Below, piece after piece: positions 1 to 7,348 of a stretch of 7,348 nucleotides of DNA; within the stretch, counting starts at the first letter, position 1; each line of letters begins with the position of its first letter. The translations under genes and the position numbers were made by a program. This DNA comes from Adineta steineri (lineage: Eukaryota): assembly GCA_905250045.1 (NCBI GenBank), contig CAJNOG010001353.1, positions 1 to 7,348 on the forward strand, in the 5' to 3' direction. Below the pieces are notes generated by a model that saw only the letters and a list, made by a program, of their open reading frames with translations, ran no database searches and was not told where the DNA came from.

Positions 1-634
1 TCGCTTTATTTTTTGATTGTATAATGTGTTTTTTTTCTTCCAATTCAATAAATACATATTCGACACGCATTATATTACTTTACATGATGTTGCAATTACC
101 TGTAGGAAGAAGAAAAGTGAAAAAATAAAGATGTCACCTTCAACGAGAGAATTGAGATATAGAAACTACATTTAATGTTTTATTATGATTATTTTAGTAA
201 TATAAAATGATATATAATAGGTATGACTATCGCGTTTCTGGTTATAATTAACAAAGTATGGATGACTCTTCTTTCATTGATGTTTAAAATGTATATTGTC
301 ACTCAATCATAAAATCGAAGGGAGATATTTTTCTCAAGAAACAGAATCAAATAATACTCAGAAGACTATATTGATTGTACTATGCATGCAAAGCAAAATT
401 CACTAGATCGATATTTTTGGACATAGTCTATGTGATCATTTCTTTGTTTTAGAATATGAATGAAAATAAATACGATGCTCCTCTCAGATATCAAAACATG
501 ACTATAGTCGTGATTAATTAATCATATTCATTTATTATTAATGAATCAAAAATACATGATATTACAACATAAAACAAATAGATGTATGAGGAATGAATGT
601 GTATGTCTTGTTAACCTACAATCTCAAGCAGTAT

Positions 635-1587
635 TTAGGCAATTGGTCTGCCTGGATAAATACGTGTTTGCTCATCTAGACGTCTTTTGATATGTTGAAA
701 CCATCGTCGAATTTCTTTCCGCATATTAGGTAATGAACCAATAATAATAAATGGTAAAATTTGATTAATAAAATAATAAAGATAAGCAAAGTAATTGTAT
801 TGTATATCAAAAGCAAAAGTTGGTGACCATAATGCTTCAATAACACCAATGACAATTGATGGAGATTGTAAAATAATATATGTCATCGAAATAAAAATCA
901 ATTGAATAATCATTCGTCTTTGGCGATGCCAATCTATTAATCTTCGGTGTCGCAGTTTTTGATCGATAATTCGATAAAAAAGCAGTAGATTAGCAAATAA
1001 TATAGCTGAAAGTGATACTGCATAATGAAACAGCCAATCATAAGCAGTTAAAACTGGGTCAAAATAATTATAGCATGCTCCCCCGCAGAATACCACTGAA
1101 TAATCCCATATATTCGTACATTGTCTTGGAAAAAATATTACAATTGCATAGAATATAGGAAGATAGATACAGTAGACAAACAAAGGTATGTAATGAAATA
1201 AGATCGAACACCATTTCTTCTTCATCAGTTGATTATGAAAACTAAACAAATGTCTTTCAATACAAAACCAAGCTGCTAGCTGCATAACACATCCGGTTAA
1301 TGTACAATCTAACCAAATCCAAACGGCACAAAATGTATACGTTTGTTGAACATTTTCACCGCAACGAAGATAGAATAGAAGAAGAGGAGCATCAGTAGTT
1401 TTTGTAAACAACTAATGATAAGCATGCAGATAATGACATGACGTTGTGGAGATTTAACAATCTCTTTTTGCCAATGACGAATAAAATAAATAAAAATATA
1501 GATATCACAAAGTAAAGATGGAACAATAGTACTTTGTAGCAGGACATATTTTGTCCATTGGAGACTTTCAGTATCATCATCAGCCAT
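635..1587 (-). CDS. Rhodopsin-like 7TM G-protein-coupled receptor, rotifer-type 'ERH' family, single exon, with an apparent one-base frameshift near 1394..1403 (pseudogene, allele or assembly error unresolved)
   Basis: Two overlapping minus frames are complementary parts of one receptor. ATG at 1587 gives MADDDTESLQW...YVLLQSTIVPSLLCDIYIFIYFIRHWQKEIVKSPQRHVIICMLIISCLQK (TM1 and start of TM2). The 635..1411 frame gives TDAPLLLFYLRCGENVQQTYTFCAVWIWLDCTLTGCVMQLAAWFCIERHLFSFHNQ (end of TM2, Cys before TM3, TM3, ERH in the DRY position), then TM4-TM7 and TAA at 637..635. Possible AATAAA (minus) at about 531..536. Confidence 0.82.
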
Positions 1588-2903
1588 TAATCAAATTCTT
1601 TGTGCAAGTAAAAAAAATGATGATAAAGTTTTTCTTATCAAAATACAAATTATTCTGATGTGATGCTAAATTAAACTTCCTTTCTTTAGCAAGAATTTGA
1701 CATAAAAAGCATTAAATATCTGTCAAATTTGATTAAACATTTCAAAGCAAAAAATAAAAACAGCAATCTCTTTGCATGTGCGTAAAAATGTTTTTATTTA
1801 TCACAGATAAACTTAATTTTAATTTTTTAAAAAGTTACCTCAATCGAATAGATGCACACAATTATAGATGATGAGAGATTATCTAAATGCGCTTTTTACT
1901 GTAATTATTTTGACAACTAATATATTAATAGCAAAGGAATATCAGTTCTCAAAATGCATCTTCAAATATTTATATTTCATCATACTAGATTCGAAATTAG
2001 GATAAAAGTCTGGTTGATTCCAGCCAATATAATTTGTTTATACGATATAATAGAGAAAATTTAGGGAAGAAATGACTCTGGCTAGTCTATCGAATAGATT
2101 CCTTTTAAAATCCTTTTTTGCCGTGATTATTTTTAAATGAAAAAGGGAAAATGTGCTTTAGAATGTCTTTCATTCTAGATTTCTTAACTAATTTGATTAA
2201 CAAGCGATCAGAGGTTTGATCCGGGTCGCATCTAGATTCAATACTAAATTAGCAACTGATGAATTAGTAAGAAATTATATGACTCGCTAGGTCATGATGA
2301 CTTAGAAAACGATAAATGAATGTAAACTCGTTCGAAACCAATACTATTCGTTTACTTACAGAAAACTATACAAGGAGACTTAATATATGTTCATTCTCAG
2401 ACATGAATATTCGTTTTTCGGAGTTACCTATACTGGAACTTATATTCTCGTACTTAAACTGAGAATTTCTAGTGTTCCGTTTCCGAGATCATCGTGACAC
2501 AAAATAAGACATTTTGTTATTGCATACATCTAAGAACTAGAGCAAAATTAATAACACGCGAAGATATATCCATATATGTAATAATTCTAATGATGATAGA
2601 CAAAATAGATGATTATCCTCTATCGTATATATGTGCACGTATTAATACTGTGTAAAAGTAATGCACTAATAGAATATATTTAATGACTATGCATGCGATG
2701 ATGATGATAAACGTGCATATTACAAAAAGGAAAAAGAAAAAAAAACAATTTTAATTTTAAGAAAGAACATTGAACAAAAGATAGTGTGTAACAAACGGAA
2801 ATAAATGTACACAATAAGCTTTATTTTCACAAGTAGCTGAAACACTAAAACAAGAAAAAAAGAAGACGAAGAGAACAAGACAGAAAAAGAAGCGAAGAGT
2901 AAG

Positions 2904-3024
2904 TTAAGTTGAATTTGAATCTGATTCAATCGTCGGAATTGATTCATCATTACTTTGCTGTTTATTTCGTTTACCGGATGCTCCATGGATTTCGGAAGCA
3001 TGTTTCTTTCGCCATTTTGTACGT
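2904..3024 (-). CDS. Nkx6-like: Last Nkx6-like exon: end of homeodomain and short acidic C-terminus
   Basis: attattaag|A CGT ACA AAA TGG CGA AAG AAA CAT GCT TCC GAA ATC... = R|[39 protein letters not shown], stop at 2906..2904. Confidence 0.92.
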
Positions 3025-5202
3025 CTTAATAATAATTTAAAAAAATAAATAAGATTATAAAAAAAAATATTATTTCATTTTACCTATTTTGAAACCATAC
3101 CTAAAGTAAAAATAAATTATGCATTTAGAAAAAGACTTTGATAGCAAAATAAAATTTTCTTACTTTTACTTGTGCTTCACTCATCGATAATTGACAAGCA
3201 AGCCGTGATCTTTCTGTTCCAGCTAAATATTTCGTATTTTCAAACATTTTTTCTAATGCAAATATTTGATGTCCAGTAAATGTTGGTCGACTACTTTTAC
3301 GTTTCATATCTTTCGATAATAATTCATTATCAGTCATCATACTGGAATAATGTGACACTTGAGAATTCTCCATTGAAACACCTAAATAGATACTTTCTTT
3401 TATGAGAACTTATTTGTTTATGAAAGAAAGCAATACGAAGTAACGGCTTATTAATAACCTTTTGTGTTCATATGTATTGTAAACACACTTGAGAGAGAAA
3501 AAAATCAAAACAAATTATTCAAAAGGTTGACGTGCTCCTTGATGATGCCATTGTTTATTGTGATCTTCTCTTTTCGAATGAATGCGCATTTGAATTGATC
3601 TCGACATGTTTGATGACAATTTCACGGACATACCGGCAAAATCACTTTTCAATCGATCATCATATATATATAATTATCAATTAGATGATGATGATAGAAA
3701 GAAATCTTGATTTCAATATCATTCTTGATAGATTACTCGAGTTAAATATCATGTTAGGTTATTTTTCTACCTTCATATTACAATGCTATCATAAAATTTT
3801 AATGATGTATGTTAGGAGGACATAAAGATCATCTATTTTCAATTATTTTTATTTTTTTATATATGTACAACATATTTTTTTAATCTATAAAAATTAAAGA
3901 CGATGGTTCATTGACAGTAAATGACATTATCAACGGAAGCGGCGTTCTCTCTTACTTTCTCTTCATATTATTCGTATAGTTTATTGCTATCAACATCCGT
4001 TATTTTTTCTCATAAGATGATTCGAGTCATTACACATCTTTCTTTCAATTGATTTATCTTTGTAGAAAAACATTTCTTCTTTGCTATACATTAAATGTAT
4101 ATTGATCTCATTAAAAAAAAGTCAAAAATCTCTGTCATATAAAAGGTAATAACAAATCAGCTGAGCAACGATAAATATACTCGTCACGCCTCTTTGCTAT
4201 ATGAATAGAAATTGAAGACATCGCACGTGCAATTCTTTCTACTGCTGGTGCCATTGAGTGTGTTGATGCGGTTAAAAAACGATTAAAAAACAACAGACAA
4301 ATTTTAGTTTGTGTGACAAATTGGCTCTCAATCATGCAACGTCTGGTGTTGATCGATCGACCGAAATGATGCGATCATATTCATACAAATGTTGCCTGAT
4401 AGATCGAACTCAAATGTCATTTTATATAAAATAATAACGGCCTGATGACTCTCTTTTTTTTATATTCTAGCAAAACATAAGCAAACAAAACAAAAAAAGA
4501 GAGAAACGGAAGCCTATTGTCAAACGCCGTTCTGTATTACATAAAAAACGAGCTAAAGAAACTGAAAGAATGTGCAGATGTAATGCGCCGGCAACAAATA
4601 TTATAAATCATCCTTCCAATCATTGAATAACCATTAAGATAGAGAATGAATGAATGAATGAATGAATGAATGTATATTTATATATATATATATGTATATA
4701 CACCTATGAATGAGGTATTGAGCAAGCTCTTCTCTATACAATAGGATGGTATAAATGAGTTCGAAAAATTTTTACCTTTTGTTATATGTTGTGGATGCCA
4801 TGCGGAGGTGTTTGAAGTAGTTGTTTGTGCCATTGGTATTTGTGACCAATCATCTCGAGGAAGAAAATTATTTGACGGTGGTGTTAGAACAGATGAATGA
4901 TGATGATTTTGTTGAATATAATTAAATTGAGTTAAATTTAATGTGGTTGTCGATGGATTTGAACGTGTAAGAAAATCATTTGATAATGGTGGTGAACTTC
5001 CTGAACTTGAACTACATGCACTGGAATCAAAAAGAGCTTTATTTGTTGTTGATGTTGTTGTTGGTTGTTGTTGAATATATGAAATTTTCTCTTGTCCTCC
5101 TGTTGTCGAAGATGATGAGGAGGAAAAAAATGACGGCAATGGACTACCAGGAAACCAAAAATTCGGTTGATGTTGATTCGATGTACTTGCAGTTGATAAC
5201 AT
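2904..5202 (-). CDS. Nkx6-like: Nkx6-class homeodomain transcription factor, spliced: join of minus-strand exons 5202..4776, 3381..3164, 3100..3084, 3024..2904 (783 nt including stop, 260 aa if translation starts at ATG 5202)
   Basis: Reconstructed homeodomain: [46 protein letters not shown]|VWFQN-R|[12 protein letters not shown]. This is very close to Nkx6 ([52 protein letters not shown]), and it is preceded by LLSKDMKRK as in Nkx6 LLDKDGKRK. All junctions have GT..AG and compatible phases: AAAAG|GTAAAA...TTTAG|GTGTTT (phase 1), CAAGTAAAA|GTAAG...CTTTAG|GTATGG (phase 0), CAAAATAG|GTAAAA...ATTAAG|ACGTACAAA (phase 2). Stop TAA 2906..2904; candidate AATAAA (minus) at 2820..2825. Confidence 0.9.
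3084..3100 (-). CDS. Nkx6-like: 17-nt microexon encoding V47-W48-F49-Q50-N51 and two bases of the R52 codon
   Basis: Minus strand: ttttactttag|GTATGGTTTCAAAATAG|gtaaaatga. It joins phase 0 upstream (CAA GTA AAA|GTA TGG) and phase 2 downstream (AAT AG|A CGT ACA AAA TGG), giving an uninterrupted QVKVWFQNRRTKW. Confidence 0.93.
3164..3381 (-). CDS. Nkx6-like: Nkx6-like exon encoding homeodomain residues up to K46 (218 nt)
   Basis: Acceptor tatttag|GTGTTTCAATGG; translation [72 protein letters not shown]; donor |GTAAGAAAA at 3163. Confidence 0.92.
3382..4775 (-). other. Long (1394 nt) intron of the Nkx6-like gene
   Basis: Delimited by donor AAAAG|GTAAAAATT (4776/4775) and acceptor tctatttag|GTG (3382/3381). 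It contrasts with the other introns here (47-63 nt). Confidence 0.8.
4644..4672 (+). repeat. (GAAT)7 tetranucleotide microsatellite, followed by a TA-rich tract to about 4700
   Basis: gaatgaatgaatgaatgaatgaatgaatg followed by tatatttatatatatatatatgtatatac. Confidence 0.95.
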
Positions 5203-5256
5203 TATATCATCTAATAATAATGAATTTTCAATAGAAAATGATGGCAATATAACATA
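4776..5256 (-). CDS. Nkx6-like: First recognisable exon of the Nkx6-like gene: low-complexity Ser/Thr/Gln/His-rich N-terminal region; acceptor boundary at 5257/5256, first in-frame ATG at 5202
   Basis: Open frame 5256..4776 ([24 protein letters not shown]...[10 protein letters not shown]). The acceptor tttttttttcttcctag|TATGTT lies just upstream and TAG at 5259..5257 closes the unspliced frame. Donor AAAAG|GTAAAA at 4776/4775. The supplied ORF track starts this frame at TTG 5247, which is not an ATG. Confidence 0.75.
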
Positions 5257-5391
5257 CTAGGAAGAAAAAAAAAGAATAGATCTATAATTTTATTTTAAAT
5301 ATATAATATTAACTTACCACAAATTAAAAAACTCAAATATTGTCTCTTTATTTTTAAACGATGTGTTATTAGTTTTTAATATTTGAATGAT

Positions 5392-5441
5392 GAGAGAAAA
5401 TAGAGGGAGAGAGAGAGAAAGAGGGAGAAGGGAAGAGAAAT
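5392..5441 (+). repeat. Purine-rich GA tract
   Basis: gagagaaaatagagggagagagagagaaagagggagaagggaagagaaa: nearly all purine on + (pyrimidine on the transcribed minus strand). Confidence 0.9.
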
Positions 5442-5572
5442 ATATTTATGATTGTATTTCCGTTCGAACAATTAATCAAGTGTTTCTTGTCGTCGCGTCT
5501 CTTTTGACGATGTATGTGATGTGTGTCCCTGTGTATATGTGTGAATCGTTGTTCGATAGATAATTTGATTTA

Positions 5573-5672
5573 TTCTCTCTCTTTCTTTCTCTCTACTCTC
5601 GTCGTTCTACTTTACCTTTTTTTTTCTTCTCTTTCTCTTAATAGATAACAGTTCTTTTTTTTTTTTTTTCTT
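5573..5672 (+). repeat. Pyrimidine-rich CT tract ending in a T15 run (5655..5669)
   Basis: tctctctctttctttctctctactctcgtcgttctactttacctttttttttcttctctttctctta..., then tttttttttttttttcttc. Confidence 0.85.
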
Positions 5673-5964
5673 CATATAAATCCACAGAACGGATCGATTT
5701 TTTATTGGTTAGATCGTTAAAGAATTCCTATTCGTTACAAATCTCTTCCGCTGATAGAAATAACAACAAAATGCTCTTAGTGTCTTCCTATGAGACTATT
5801 ATTCAAATTATGCAAATGAGTAGAATATTCTATCTTTTCAAATGTTAATAACCATTCATCAATCATTGATTGTTTTATTTTTTATCAAGATTTTTTCCTA
5901 AAAAAAAATAATAATTCCATTTTTCTCCTTATATGTTATAATCACATATGTTTGGTAACAATTC

Positions 5965-5982
5965 ATATATATATATATATAT
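5965..5982 (+). repeat. (AT)9 dinucleotide repeat followed by gtgtgtatac
   Basis: Direct reading: attcatatatatatatatatatgtgtgtatacat. Confidence 0.95.
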
Positions 5983-6470
5983 GTGTGTATACATATTTCT
6001 TTCTAATATCCATCCCATAAACACTCTCATATAGCATCCCATTTGCATACCGTACTGTATATATGCTTACTAAACACAACTATTGAAGAAATCAAATTGC
6101 AATTATGTCCATTGCTCGTCGTTCTATCGCATAAACAAGGCGAACGCGCGAGAGAAGAGAGATGTGTCAAAAAAAGAGCCTTGCAAATAACGAATACAAA
6201 AGCAACTCGGACAATTGAGAAATGTTTGGAAAGATTTAATTATAGAATATAACCATTTGCTTTAATTCTTTACACATTTCTACACTAGAAAAAAAACAGA
6301 TTTGATTTATTCGTTGTTTGATCAAAGTATCATAATATTTTGATGTCAAAATGTATGTACTTTTTTCTTTCTATCAATGGTTTATTAATCACAAGTTATA
6401 AAATCACAAAAAAAACATTCAGTCGAAATAAAATCACATAGTATCAAAAACGAAAAACAGAATCATTTAA

Positions 6471-7318
6471 TTAAAGTTTAGAATTTTGATTTTTCAATAT
6501 GTCACGTCTCATACGCATAGGAACGGCATGGGCTTCATCGAAATAAGGTTCTGTTTCTCGTTTTACTCGTTGCATCCAATCATGAACACGAGGAAATTTT
6601 TCTTGATTTAAATTATACCCTGCAGCAATTGGTTGCATCAGTTCACAAATACCTAAATATAAACGATAATTATATTGTTGAAATTTTTTTATTTTTGATT
6701 AATGTGATCTACCAAGTAAGTCAGCAAATGTCAGATGATCACCACCTAAATAAGATGATCGTTTTAACCATATATTTTCAAGATCATCAATAGAACTTTC
6801 CCATCGTTCATGCCATTTTTCTAGTTCACGTTCATTTGGTGGCTTCTTAGTCATACGAGGTGTGATAATCTAACAGAAATTTTAACGTAACGTAATAGGA
6901 AAAAACATTATTTTACTTTTGTACGAAAAAGCATTGCACCATTAGCGCGTAAATTGGCATGTTGCCAATTGGCATATTCATTAACACGTGCTCGTTCTTT
7001 TAAATCCACTGGATACCAATCATTTTTTTTGTATTTATCACAAAGATACATAAAAATTGCCACACTAAAATCGAAGATTTTCAGTAAGAATATTCAATTT
7101 ATTTTACTATGTTCTAACCTTTCGGTAAGAATAAAACCCGAATCACTGATAACTGGTACTTTTTTGAATGGATTTATTTGAGAATATTCATCAGTCACAT
7201 GTTCAAGTTTTCGTAATGCAATTTCTTTCGATTCAAATGGTATATTTGTCATTTTAAGAAAAATATACAAAGCCCGAGAGGGCTGTGACATTAAATCGTA
7301 ATAATATACCAAAGGCAT
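6471..7318 (-). CDS. GSTT-like: Theta-class glutathione S-transferase, spliced: join of minus-strand exons 7318..7119, 7064..6917, 6869..6713, 6652..6471 (687 nt including stop, 228 aa)
   Basis: Translation: MPLVYYYDLMSQPSRALYIFLKMTNIPFESKEIALRKLEHVTDEYSQINPFKKVPVISDSGFILTE-S|VAIFMYLCDKYKKNDWYPVDLKERARVNEYANWQHANLRANGAMLFRTK|IITPRMTKKPPNERELEKWHERWESSIDDLENIWLKRSSYLGGDHLTFADLL-G|ICELMQPIAAGYNLNQEKFPRVHDWMQRVKRETEPYFDEAHAVPMRMRRDILKNQNSKL*. Theta-GST landmarks: SQPSRA near the N-terminus, INPFKKVP, ILTES, ELMQP..AGY, EAH. Phases match at introns 7118..7065 (54 nt, phase 2), 6916..6870 (47 nt, phase 0) and 6712..6653 (60 nt, phase 1). Candidate AATAAA (minus) at 6381..6386. Confidence 0.93.
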
Positions 7319-7348
7319 CTACAATTAAAGACAATCATACATTTACAA

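Noticed and set aside
1394-1405. Programmed -1 ribosomal frameshift in the receptor
   Set aside because: In-register codons are CAA AAA CTA, not a canonical slippery heptamer, and this receptor family is not known to me for recoding. A homopolymer indel or allele defect is simpler.
1392-1580. Minus ORF of 62 aa (MMILKVSNGQNMSCYK…)
   Set aside because: Alternative frame of the receptor N-terminal region; the overlapping 1309..1587 frame carries the TM1/TM2 signature.
2190-2235. tRNA-like T-arm string (gaggtttgatccgggtcgc)
   Set aside because: No matching A box, acceptor stem or cloverleaf could be assembled around it.
2720-3001. Minus ORF of 93 aa ([16 protein letters not shown]…)
   Set aside because: Reads the last homeobox exon in the wrong frame and runs into the 3' UTR. 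The correct frame gives [13 protein letters not shown]… and stops at 2904.
4135-4335. Minus ORF of 66 aa in the long homeobox intron
   Set aside because: No family recognised. It competes with an equally anonymous + strand open frame and is unnecessary for the spliced homeobox model.
4980-5234. Plus ORF of 84 aa
   Set aside because: Antisense shadow of the Ser/Thr-rich first homeobox exon; low complexity with no recognisable family.
6043-6252. Plus ORF of 69 aa
   Set aside because: No recognised motif, no splice or poly-A context, and intergenic between two minus-strand genes. Possible by chance at this length.
6954-7181. Plus ORF of 75 aa
   Set aside because: Antisense to GST exons 1 and 2 and crosses an intron; no independent support.
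1-7348. Prokaryotic-type systems, CRISPR arrays or mobile-element termini
   Set aside because: The genes are intron-bearing metazoan types. I saw no regularly spaced repeats, transposase/reverse transcriptase motifs or terminal repeats.

Overview
This AT-rich eukaryotic window looks like a bdelloid-rotifer-type genome (inferred from the receptor family and the 47-63 nt introns). It holds three protein-coding genes, all on the minus strand. (1) 635..1587 is a single-exon rhodopsin-like 7TM receptor. Its TM1-TM2 and TM2-TM7 halves lie in different frames, separated by a one-base break near a T5 run at 1399-1403. (2) About 2904..5202 (possibly starting further upstream) is an Nkx6-class homeobox gene. 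I rebuilt four coding exons with matching phases. One is a 17-nt microexon (3084..3100) encoding VWFQN plus two bases of R52, the core of homeodomain recognition helix 3. (3) 6471..7318 is a complete four-exon theta-class glutathione S-transferase of 228 aa with introns of 54, 47 and 60 nt. I found no CRISPR array, convincing tRNA/rRNA or mobile element. The most interesting observations are the homeobox microexon, the receptor frameshift, the unresolved 5' end of the homeobox gene (orphan strong acceptor, uORF, eh1-like peptide upstream of the first ATG), the 1.4-kb intron with anonymous open + strand segments, and opposed purine/pyrimidine tracts upstream of the homeobox gene.
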